Source: Nitrospirota bacterium (GTDB taxonomy: Bacteria > Nitrospirota > UBA9217). Taken from it: a DNA stretch of 64,000 nt. The notes beneath the pieces were generated by a model. It was not told the origin of the DNA. It ran no database searches and was given only the letters and a program-made list of their open reading frames with translations. The translations under genes were made by a program, and so were the position numbers. Within the stretch, counting starts at the first letter, position 1; the number at the start of each line of letters is the position of its first letter. Shown in pieces: positions 31,248 through 39,936 of the stretch. The stretch spans positions 96,001 through 160,000 of the forward strand of contig CAVVOB010000015.1 in assembly GCA_963749655.1 (NCBI GenBank), given 5' to 3'.

Positions 31248-32510
31248 TTATTGCAAATTAATCCCGGCCGCTGCAGCCTCGCAGGAGTTTGCATAGGAGT
31301 TCCCATCGCAACCCAGCACCGGATTATAAAACGACAAACACAACCCGGGGCGCTGTGAACATGCCCCCGTTCCTTCACAATCGCCTGACGTTTTTGCGCA
31401 ATATTGCGTCGAAAGGCATTCAACATTCGTAATGCATCCTGTCGGCGCCGGAGGTGCTGCGCAATTCCCTTTGCTTGCGATGGCAATGCCTGAGACTGCA
31501 GCCTCGCATTCGCTTGAATAGGTTGTGCCGTTGCACCCACAGACCGGATCTGCCGCTTGGACGCAAAGCGACGGCCGTGCCGTGCAGGAACCCTGGCCGG
31601 TGCAGTCTCCCAGCCCTTTGGTGCAATATTCGCCGGCAGTGCATTGCGAATTGTCAAGACAAGCGGTCGGCTGAGGAGGCATAACTACGCAGGCGCCCAG
31701 AGAGGTAACGGACACACCTGCGACAGCGGCTTCACATTCATTTGCATATGTGCTGCCGTCGCAGCCGCATACCGGATCATAATTCTGAAGACAACCGATC
31801 GGCCGGGATCCGCATGTTCCCTGGTCCGGGCAGCTCCCCACGGCCTTCACACAATATTCTCCGCTGCCGCACTGGCTGTTGTCCGCGCAGGAAACAGGTG
31901 GCGGCGGAGTAATCTGGCAGGCCCCTTTAAAAAGAAGGTTCGCGCCCGCCAGCGCTGCAACACAGTCGTTGGAGTAGGTTACGCCGTCGCAGCCGCAAAC
32001 AGGATCATAGATTTCAGTGCATGAAATCGGCGTTGTTGCACAGGAACCGGAGGTGCCGCAGCTTCCGGCAGTCGTGGCGCAGTAATTTCCGGCGGGACAG
32101 TCGGTGCTGGCGGTACACGTCTGTGAGCAGACAATACTTACCTTGCCGATATTCGTTGTTTTCTTTCTGGAGACGGCCACCGTCGTGAGGGTCTTTACAA
32201 CTGTGCCGTTGACCGTCACCGTAAGGGTGTAGGTCCCTGCGTGGACATGGTGAATCCTGAAGTGACCCTTACTATCAGTCGTGTCCTTCAGATCGGAATC
32301 CGTGACAGCGACGATCGCCCCTGCAACAGGACCACCGGCGTCACACGTGATCGTGCCTCGAATCCCGCCTTTCTCGTGACCCTTTTTCCTTTCCTGCTCG
32401 TGAGACCGGTCATGCGACCTTTCATCGCAGAAAGCAGTACCTGTCCAGGACAGACTGAGAAACACCGCAGCAATCAATACCACGTAAATTAATACACTCT
32501 GCCTCCTCAT
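31248..32510 (-). CDS. Secreted protein with carboxypeptidase-regulatory-like beta domain and four Kazal-type protease-inhibitor repeats
   Basis: Signal peptide; TTDSKGHFRIHHVHAGTYTLTV; repeats C..YDPVCGCDG.TY.N.C.A. Confidence 0.9.
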   Translation of the reverse strand: MRRQSVLIYVVLIAAVFLSLSWTGTAFCDERSHDRSHEQERKKGHEKGGIRGTITCDAGGPVAGAIVAVTDSDLKDTTDSKGHFRIHHVHAGTYTLTVTVNGTVVKTLTTVAVSRKKTTNIGKVSIVCSQTCTASTDCPAGNYCATTAGSCGTSGSCATTPISCTEIYDPVCGCDGVTYSNDCVAALAGANLLFKGACQITPPPPVSCADNSQCGSGEYCVKAVGSCPDQGTCGSRPIGCLQNYDPVCGCDGSTYANECEAAVAGVSVTSLGACVVMPPQPTACLDNSQCTAGEYCTKGLGDCTGQGSCTARPSLCVQAADPVCGCNGTTYSSECEAAVSGIAIASKGNCAAPPAPTGCITNVECLSTQYCAKTSGDCEGTGACSQRPGLCLSFYNPVLGCDGNSYANSCEAAAAGINLQ

Positions 32511-32632
32511 GTGAACGCCCCCCTTTCCCGACATAATGCGTATGATTTTATGTATACGTGCCGGTCGTGTCAAGATAAAATAAAGACTATTCACAGAGAA
32601 CAGCGGCTAGCAAAAAGATGCAAAAAAAAGCA

Positions 32633-32676
32633 TTGACAGCGTATCGAATTTTATATATATACTTTTATATATTTCG
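32633..32676 (+). promoter_or_regulatory. Putative sigma70 promoter with overlapping AT-rich inverted repeat (candidate PadR operator)
   Basis: TTGACA-N17-TATATA; ATATATA-TACTTT-TATATAT dyad before GGGAGG RBS. Confidence 0.55.
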
Positions 32677-32685
32677 GGAGGACCT

Positions 32686-33237
32686 ATGTCAGTGAAGTAC
32701 GCCATGCTCGGCATCCTTGCGGAAAAGGATCTGCACGGGTATGAACTCAAGACCAGTTTTGATGAAAAAGTCGGTGAATTCTGGAGCCTGAACTACGGGC
32801 AGATCTACTCCACCCTCGACCGGCTGGAGAAGGACGACCTCGTAACCCACGACCGCAAGGCACAGGACAAGCGGCCGGACCGGAAGATCTACAGCATCAC
32901 GAGAAAAGGCAGAAAAGAGCTTGACGAATGGCTTGCCACGCCGGTGAACCGGGTGCGGGCGCTGCGCGACGAATTTTTTGTGAAGCTCGTGTTCATGGAC
33001 AAGAACAACCCCGCCCCGGTCCTGGACCTCATCGAGAAGCAAAAGGCCCTCTATCTCAAACAGATGAACCGGCTCACCCATCAAAAAGTGGAATTGAAAA
33101 AGAAGCCCAGGGCCGCCGACGCGCTCACCACGGAACTGCTGATGGATGCGGGGCTGTTCCACGCCGAGGCGGACATCAAGTGGCTGACGCTGTGCGAGGC
33201 GAAGATCAAAGCGATTATGAAAAAGCAGAACGCATAG
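32686..33237 (+). CDS. PadR-family regulator with C-terminal Vir_act_alpha-type domain
   Basis: LHGYEL, WSLNYGQIYSTLDRLE, PDRKIYSITRKG, RDEFFVKL. Confidence 0.95.
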   Translation: MSVKYAMLGILAEKDLHGYELKTSFDEKVGEFWSLNYGQIYSTLDRLEKDDLVTHDRKAQDKRPDRKIYSITRKGRKELDEWLATPVNRVRALRDEFFVKLVFMDKNNPAPVLDLIEKQKALYLKQMNRLTHQKVELKKKPRAADALTTELLMDAGLFHAEADIKWLTLCEAKIKAIMKKQNA

Positions 33238-33294
33238 AGCAAAGCGCAGAGGGTTGGAATCTTCGCCCATGCACTATGCTCTCTGCCCTATGCT
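33235..33294. repeat. Inverted heptamer arrays (AGAGCAW / TGCTCTA family)
   Basis: tagagca aagcgca gaggg ... ccatgca ctatgct ctctgcc ctatgct. Confidence 0.7.
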
Positions 33295-33316
33295 AAATCT
33301 CCTATCGAGGTGAACC

Positions 33317-34006
33317 ATGATCGAACTGAAGAATGCGAGCAAGAAGTACCAGCAGGGCAGCCGTGAAGTGCATGCCTTGCGCGACGTTTCTCTCAGCATC
33401 AAGAAAGGCGAGTTCCTGTCGGTCATGGGAGCGAGCGGCTCGGGCAAGAGCACCCTCCTGAACCTGATCGGCGGCCTGGACCAGCCGTCTTCGGGGGAGA
33501 TTTTCATCGACGGCAGGCCGCTTCACGGCATTTCCGACGACGAACTGACCCTTATCCGGAGACGGCGCGTGGGATTCATCTTCCAGTTCTTTAATCTCCT
33601 GCCGATTCTCACCGCCGCCGAGAATGTCTCTCTCCCCCTTCTGCTGGAAGGAACGCCGTTCTCGGAGATCAAACCGAAGGCCGTCAAACTTCTGGAACAG
33701 GTGGGGCTGGGCGCGCGAACGGAGCACCGGCCCGAACAGCTCTCGGGCGGTGAAATGCAGCGCGTTGCGATCTCCCGGGCGCTCATCTCCAATCCCGCCG
33801 TTCTCCTTGCCGACGAACCCACGGGCAACCTCGATTCCCACACCAGCGAGGAGATATTCATGCTCCTCAAGAACCTGCACGACCAGGGCCAGACCATCGT
33901 CATGGTGACCCACGATCCCCGGGCCGCGGCTTACGGTTCACGCATCGTCACGCTCAAAGACGGCGCTGTATCGGAGGATATCTGCATCGGAGGACAGGCT
34001 GCGTGA
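33317..34006 (+). CDS. ABC ATP-binding protein, LolD/MacB type
   Basis: GASGSGKST, LSGGEMQRV, LLADEPTGNLD, VTHD. Confidence 0.96.
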   Translation: MIELKNASKKYQQGSREVHALRDVSLSIKKGEFLSVMGASGSGKSTLLNLIGGLDQPSSGEIFIDGRPLHGISDDELTLIRRRRVGFIFQFFNLLPILTAAENVSLPLLLEGTPFSEIKPKAVKLLEQVGLGARTEHRPEQLSGGEMQRVAISRALISNPAVLLADEPTGNLDSHTSEEIFMLLKNLHDQGQTIVMVTHDPRAAAYGSRIVTLKDGAVSEDICIGGQAA

Positions 34007-36609
34007 CGCTCACGAACCTGCTTCGCCACGTCAGTCTCAAGCGTTTGAAACTGCACAAGGCCCATACGTTCATGTCCGTATGCGGCATCGCCTTGGGCGT
34101 GTCCGCCATCGTGTCCATAGGCATCGTGAGCAGGGGCGTCGTACGCTCTTTCGAGGAGTCGATCAATTCCATGGCCGGTAGGGCGAGTCTGCAGATAACC
34201 GGCGGTCAATCGGGTTTTCCGGAAACCATGGCTGAGCGGGTGCAAGGAGTAAGCGGCGTCGAATATGCCGTACCCGTGATCGAGACCACGGCCATCCTTA
34301 TCAACGGGATCAACAGGGAAAGCCGGTCGATCGTCATCATCGGCGTAGACGTGTTGCAGGACCATCATATCCGGGATTACCGGGTGTCGGACGAAACCAG
34401 CGACATACCCGACCCGCTCCTGTTCCTCGCAAGACCCGATTCCATTTTGATGAGCCGCGGCTTGGCGCATGAGAACAACCTTCATATGGACCAGCCCGTT
34501 ACGATCGAAACCGTTCAGGGCGTCCGCGCTCTCACGATGCGGGGCTTGCTCGAGCCGGAGGGCCCGGCCAAGGTCATGAGCAACAGCCTCGCGGTAATGG
34601 ACATCTATGCCGCACAAATGGCCTTCGGGAAAGAAGGCAAAATAGACCGGATCGACGTGAGTCTGCGTTCCGGCGAAAATGCTGAAACTGTCCGGAAACG
34701 CATCATAGCCGCGCTCCCCGAGGGATATATTGTCGACTCCCCCGCGGTCCGCTCCGGTCAGATTGAGAGGACGCTCGCCAATTTAAAACGTAACATGAGC
34801 ACCATCGGCCTCGTGGCAATGTTCATCGGCATGTACCTTATCTATAACGCGGTATCCATCATGGTCGTGCAGCGCCGGAGAGAGATCGGCGTGCTGCGCG
34901 CCCTGGGAGCGACCCGCAGGGGCATCGTGCGGCTCATTCTGACCGAAACGATCGTTTTGTCCGTTGGAGGATCCGCCCTCGGCATCGGATTGGGCATCCT
35001 CTTCGCCCACGGCTCGCTGGATGCGGTCAGCAAGAACATTGCCATTCAATATCAATTGACCACGACCGCAGCCGTTCCGCTCATGATATCTTTAAACGAT
35101 ATCGTCGCCGGCTTCACGGTTGGCGTTCTCACCAGCATTTTGGCCGCGCTCTTCCCCTCCTTCGCGGCCGCTCGCATTACCCCGGTCTCAGCCATCCGCT
35201 CCCTGCCTTTTTCCGACGAGGAGTTTTTCTCCCGCCGAAAGCTCAGAATGCTGTCTTTCCTGCTGTTGCTGCTGGCCGGCTTACTGTTGCTTCTCTATGG
35301 AGCGACCAAAAACGTTTCGCAGAAATACCTCGTCCTGATGATCATGGCTGCTGAATATTCGCTGCTGTTCGGAATTACCTTCGCCCTCTCCTCGGTGCTG
35401 CGGGTCGCCGTTTTTCTGTTCCAGAGCTGCATTGCCCCCCGGTTCGGGGCGGTAAGCAGGCTCGCAGGGCTGAATATCCGAAAAAATGTCAACCGGAACG
35501 CCGTGGCCGTGGGCGCAGTATTTCTCGCCATAGCGATTTTTATCAGCGTCTCGAACATGATAATGTCCGTCCGTGCCTCGGTCATGCAATGGGTAGAAAC
35601 TGCGGCAAACAGCGATCTTTTCGTTACAGCCGGCCATACCTTCTCAGGCCATGCGAGAAAACACGTTCCCATGCCCCTGAAGATGCGCAAAGAGATAGAA
35701 GAGATCGAGGGCGTCCGCTTCACGGACATATATCGGCAGGAGTTCATCCCTTACAAGGGTTCAAAAATCCTGGCCGCAAGCGTCGACGTGCGGCGCAAGC
35801 TGGAATACAGCTCGTTCGTAATAACGAAGGGAGATGCATCCGGTATAGGCCGGCTGCTCCCCGATCAGGACAATCTGCTGGTGAGTGAAAGCCTCGCCGT
35901 ACATCATGGCATCAAACCGGGCGATAAACTCATTCTCAACACGCCCGAGGGACCCGTGAGCTTCGGTGTCGTCGCGATCGACGTTGATTACACCTATGAA
36001 TTCGGCAGTGTTCTCATGGACACGGCGACCTATCAGAAACATTGGCACGACAACCTTGCCGACATTATCGAAGTTCTTGTCAAGAATAAACAGGACATTC
36101 CCTCGGTCCGCGAAGCGATCCTGAAACAGCAGGGGACGCAGAAGCGGTTATTCATCCTTTCCATGGACGAATACCTTCAAGAGACCAGAAAAGTCATCGA
36201 CCAGATATACGATATATTCCACGCCATGGATATTCTCACGCTCTCCATAGCCTGTCTCGGTATTATCATCACCCTGCTTGCGTCGGTGCTCGAACGAACG
36301 CGCGAGATCGGTGTCCTCCGGTCCCTTGGGGCATTTAAAAGTCAAGTGGCGAAAGTCGTCGTGGTTGAGTCCGTCATTCTCGGCTTGACCGGCGGGATAC
36401 TTGGAGTCCTCGTCGGGATAGTCATAGGATGGATGAGCGTCGAAGGATTTATCAGCGGCGAAGCGGGAATGAGCATCCATTACCTTGTCGATTATGCCGC
36501 TATAGGGAAAGCAATCGTTCTCGCGGCAGGATTCTCGGCCCTGGCAGGCCTCTATCCCGCCTGGCGCGCGGCGAAAATAAATATCACCGAAGCGCTGGCA
36601 TATGAGTAA
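34003..36609 (+). CDS. MacB/FtsX-like ABC permease paralog 1
   Basis: 868 aa; QRRREIGVLRALGA, ERTREIGVLRSLGA; GTGA overlap with ATPase. Confidence 0.94.
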   Translation: MTLTNLLRHVSLKRLKLHKAHTFMSVCGIALGVSAIVSIGIVSRGVVRSFEESINSMAGRASLQITGGQSGFPETMAERVQGVSGVEYAVPVIETTAILINGINRESRSIVIIGVDVLQDHHIRDYRVSDETSDIPDPLLFLARPDSILMSRGLAHENNLHMDQPVTIETVQGVRALTMRGLLEPEGPAKVMSNSLAVMDIYAAQMAFGKEGKIDRIDVSLRSGENAETVRKRIIAALPEGYIVDSPAVRSGQIERTLANLKRNMSTIGLVAMFIGMYLIYNAVSIMVVQRRREIGVLRALGATRRGIVRLILTETIVLSVGGSALGIGLGILFAHGSLDAVSKNIAIQYQLTTTAAVPLMISLNDIVAGFTVGVLTSILAALFPSFAAARITPVSAIRSLPFSDEEFFSRRKLRMLSFLLLLLAGLLLLLYGATKNVSQKYLVLMIMAAEYSLLFGITFALSSVLRVAVFLFQSCIAPRFGAVSRLAGLNIRKNVNRNAVAVGAVFLAIAIFISVSNMIMSVRASVMQWVETAANSDLFVTAGHTFSGHARKHVPMPLKMRKEIEEIEGVRFTDIYRQEFIPYKGSKILAASVDVRRKLEYSSFVITKGDASGIGRLLPDQDNLLVSESLAVHHGIKPGDKLILNTPEGPVSFGVVAIDVDYTYEFGSVLMDTATYQKHWHDNLADIIEVLVKNKQDIPSVREAILKQQGTQKRLFILSMDEYLQETRKVIDQIYDIFHAMDILTLSIACLGIIITLLASVLERTREIGVLRSLGAFKSQVAKVVVVESVILGLTGGILGVLVGIVIGWMSVEGFISGEAGMSIHYLVDYAAIGKAIVLAAGFSALAGLYPAWRAAKINITEALAYE

Positions 36610-36680
36610 CTACTATGCGGAGCGCGGAATTGAATCTCGATATTTTGCTGCTGCAACAGCCATTTCAGGGAGGGTTGTGA

Positions 36681-37178
36681 ATGGAACTGGACAAAAAAGC
36701 ATGGCCTCAAATTCAAGAAATATTCCGAAACGCTTTTCGCAGCTCGTTCCATTTCTCGATCGCCACGGTCAATGAAGACGGCTCGCCCCATGTTACGCCG
36801 ATCGGCTCGCTGATCCTGCAGGACGACCGGACCGGATTTTACTTTGAAGAGTACACGACCAACCTGACGCGGAACCTGGCTCGCGACAAAAGGGTCTGCG
36901 TCATGGCCGTGAACAGCAGCAAGTGGGCATTGATAAAATCATTCTTCCTCGGCAAGTTCATCACGCCGCCCGGCGTGCGGCTTATGGGGACCGCGGGAGA
37001 ACGGCGGGAAGCGACCCCGGCGGAGCAGGCCCTGTTCCGGAAGCGTGTGAGAAAATACCGGATGTTCAAAGGCCACGATCTGCTCTGGAGCAGGCTTCGT
37101 CATGTCCGCGAGATCCGGTTCGACGCCTTTGAACCTATCCGCGTGGGAGTATTGACCCGTCATATGTGGAAGGACTGA
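36681..37178 (+). CDS. Pyridoxamine 5'-phosphate oxidase-like split-barrel protein
   Basis: IATVNEDGSPHVTPIGS, TRNL...RVCV. Confidence 0.88.
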   Translation: MELDKKAWPQIQEIFRNAFRSSFHFSIATVNEDGSPHVTPIGSLILQDDRTGFYFEEYTTNLTRNLARDKRVCVMAVNSSKWALIKSFFLGKFITPPGVRLMGTAGERREATPAEQALFRKRVRKYRMFKGHDLLWSRLRHVREIRFDAFEPIRVGVLTRHMWKD

Positions 37179-37230
37179 ATAAGCTTTCGGCTTAAAAAAT
37201 TTTCGATCTAACAATCGAACAGGAGACCCT

Positions 37231-39825
37231 ATGACCCTCACCACTCTCCTCCGCCGCGTCAGTCTCAAGCACGTCAGGCACCAGAAGACCCGGACGATCA
37301 TCGCCATGCTCGGCATCTCCCTGGGCGTGGCGACCATGGTCGCGATCGACATCGTGAACACGAGCGTGCTCCGTTCGTTCGAGGAATCCATCAACAACGT
37401 CACAGGCAAGGCCGCGCTCCAGGTCACGGGAGCGGAATCCGGGTTCCCTGAAGCCATGCTCGAACGGGTGCAGAACGTGCCGGGTGTGGAATTCGCCCTG
37501 CCGGTGATCCAGACGAATGCGATGTTTTCCGAAGGAAGCAAGCAATCGTTCATGATCCTGGGCATTGACGCGCTGCAGGACCACCAGATCAGAAGCTATA
37601 AGCTGTCGGACGAAAGCGCGGATATCCCCGATCCTCTGCTGTTCCTGGCAAAGCCCGATTCACTCCTGCTCACGAAAAAAATGGCCGAGCGCGAAGGCAT
37701 CAAGATCGACCAGAAGGTCCGGGTCCAGACCGTGCAGGGCTTCAAGACCCTCACGGTGCGCGGCTTGCTCGACCCCGAAGGTCCGGCGAAGGCAGCGGAC
37801 GGCGACATCGCGGTCATGGACGTGTACGCCACCCAGCTCGCGTTCGGCAAAGAAGGCAGGATCGACCGGATCGACGTGAGCATGCTTCCCGGTGAGACCC
37901 TCGACGGGATGAAAGCGAAGATCGCGGCCGCGCTTCCCGCTGGCTATGTGATCGACACGCCCATGGAGCGGAGCAGGCAGGTCGAGCTCACGCTCGCGCG
38001 CTTCAAAAAAAGCATGAGCATCGTCGGGGTCATGGCCCTGCTCGTGGGCATGTACCTGATCTACAACGCGGTCTCCATCTCCGTGGTGCACCGCAGGAAG
38101 GAGACCGGCATTCTCCGGGCATTGGGCTGCACCCGGGGCCAGGTGCTGCGGCTCTTCCTGTTCGAGACCGTGGTGCTCTCCGGCATCGGGTCGCTCCTCG
38201 GCGTCGGGCTCGGCATCCTGTTCGCCAAGGCGACCGTGGGCATCGTGGCCCAAAGCGTGACCGACCTGTACCTGAAAACATCGGTTTCCGAACTCGCGTT
38301 CTCCCATTTCGGCCTGATCTTCGATGCCAGCCTGGGGATCATGACGAGCCTCGCCGCTGCTCTCGTCCCCGCTTCCGCGGGTGCAAAAATTTCACCGATC
38401 TCCGCCATCCGCGTCCAGCCTTATACGGACGGCAATCTATTGCTCGGGAAAAAAATCAAGATCGCGGCCGTCTGCTCCGTCATCCTGTCAGGCGTCATTC
38501 TGCTCGCGTATAAAAACGCAGACCCCGCGTCAACCATCAGGTCGGCAGGCACGACCTCCATATCCATGCTGTTTCTCGTACTCGGCATATCTCTGGCAAC
38601 GCCGTCGCTCCTCCACGGGTTCATCGCGCTGTTTCACCGATTCCTCTCCCCGCGCCTGGGCGCCGGTGGCAGGCTCGCGGGCCTGAATCTTCAAAAGAAC
38701 ATTTCCCGAAACGCCGTGGCCGCAGCAGCCGTGTTCTTCAGCATCACCATGCTCGTGAGCTCGGCTAATATGATCCACAGTCTGCGCGTCTCCCTGACCG
38801 AGTTCATCGAAGCCGTGACCCAGGCCGACATCCTGATCAGTTCGGGCCATCTCATGGCAAGCGGCGGCACGCCGAACATTCCCATGCCCGATTCGATGCG
38901 GAGCGAGATCGAAAAAGTGCCCGGTGTGCGCCTGGCGTACTCTTTCCGGAAAACAAACATACATTACGCCGGCAGGCGCATACTCCTTGAATCCTTTGAT
39001 GTGGACCTCAGCAAGGATTACGTTGTTTTCAATCTGTTCGCCGACGGCAAACGAGCGGACATGATCAGGCTCCTTCCGCGGCAGGATTACGTGGTAGTGA
39101 ATGAATCCCTTGCAGCGCGGCACAACCTCAAGCCCGGCGATTCCATCGACCTGCCCACCCCGGTCGGCGTGAGGCGTTTCGGCGTTGCCGCGATCGTGGT
39201 GGCCTATGAATCGGACTCCGGCGTCATCTGGATGGACATGCATACCTATCGGCGATACTGGAAGGACACGGTCGCGGACATGTATGAAGTCATCATACAG
39301 CCCGGCTCGGACATCCAGACGGTGCGCAAAGCCCTGCTCGACCGGTTCATGGGGGAACGGAGCCTCTTCGTCACTCCCGGCCGGGAATTCAAGGACGAGG
39401 TCATCAAGATGCTCGAGCGTTCCTTCGTGGTGAACAATGCCGTGCTGTTCATCGAGATGATCATCGCGGGATTCGGCATCGTGATCACGCTGTTGGCGAG
39501 CGTGCTGGAGCGGACGCGCGAGATAGGAATCCTGCGCTCCATCGGCATGACCAGAAAGCAGATTTCGGGCATCGTGATCATCGAGTCTGCGATCCTCGGC
39601 GCCTGCGGCGGCGTCCTCGGGTCGGCTGCCGGCACGCTGGTCGGCTGGTTCAGCCTGGAAGGGTTCTTCCGGATCGACCTCGGCGGGAGCATCCGCTATG
39701 CGGTCCACGGCCCCTCCCTCTTCTGGGCATTCCTCTTTGCGATCGGATTTTCAATACTCGCCGGTCTCTACCCCGCCCGGCGCGCAGCCGGGACGAATGT
39801 CGTCGAGGCGCTGGCATATGAATAA
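37231..39825 (+). CDS. MacB/FtsX-like ABC permease paralog 2
   Basis: 864 aa, same motifs, AGGAGA RBS. Confidence 0.94.
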   Translation: MTLTTLLRRVSLKHVRHQKTRTIIAMLGISLGVATMVAIDIVNTSVLRSFEESINNVTGKAALQVTGAESGFPEAMLERVQNVPGVEFALPVIQTNAMFSEGSKQSFMILGIDALQDHQIRSYKLSDESADIPDPLLFLAKPDSLLLTKKMAEREGIKIDQKVRVQTVQGFKTLTVRGLLDPEGPAKAADGDIAVMDVYATQLAFGKEGRIDRIDVSMLPGETLDGMKAKIAAALPAGYVIDTPMERSRQVELTLARFKKSMSIVGVMALLVGMYLIYNAVSISVVHRRKETGILRALGCTRGQVLRLFLFETVVLSGIGSLLGVGLGILFAKATVGIVAQSVTDLYLKTSVSELAFSHFGLIFDASLGIMTSLAAALVPASAGAKISPISAIRVQPYTDGNLLLGKKIKIAAVCSVILSGVILLAYKNADPASTIRSAGTTSISMLFLVLGISLATPSLLHGFIALFHRFLSPRLGAGGRLAGLNLQKNISRNAVAAAAVFFSITMLVSSANMIHSLRVSLTEFIEAVTQADILISSGHLMASGGTPNIPMPDSMRSEIEKVPGVRLAYSFRKTNIHYAGRRILLESFDVDLSKDYVVFNLFADGKRADMIRLLPRQDYVVVNESLAARHNLKPGDSIDLPTPVGVRRFGVAAIVVAYESDSGVIWMDMHTYRRYWKDTVADMYEVIIQPGSDIQTVRKALLDRFMGERSLFVTPGREFKDEVIKMLERSFVVNNAVLFIEMIIAGFGIVITLLASVLERTREIGILRSIGMTRKQISGIVIIESAILGACGGVLGSAAGTLVGWFSLEGFFRIDLGGSIRYAVHGPSLFWAFLFAIGFSILAGLYPARRAAGTNVVEALAYE

Positions 39826-39829
39826 CAAC

Positions 39830-39922
39830 AATGTCTAAATCCGGATACCGAAATTCTAAATGGATCTGTTTGGATTTTTATCATTCGATATTATTTAGGA
39901 TTTCGAGCCTGGAATTTCGAAT
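39830..39922. repeat. Inverted degenerate heptamer arrays (AATYCKA / TTTCGRA)
   Basis: aatgtctaaatccggataccgaaattctaaa ... tttaggatttcgagcctggaatttcgaat. Confidence 0.65.
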
Positions 39923-39936
39923 GTAACGGGAGACTT

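Noticed and set aside
20548-32510. Integron cassette array (12 kb of co-oriented unrelated genes)
   Set aside because: No integrase and no convincing RYYYAAC...GTTRRRY attC sites found by eye.
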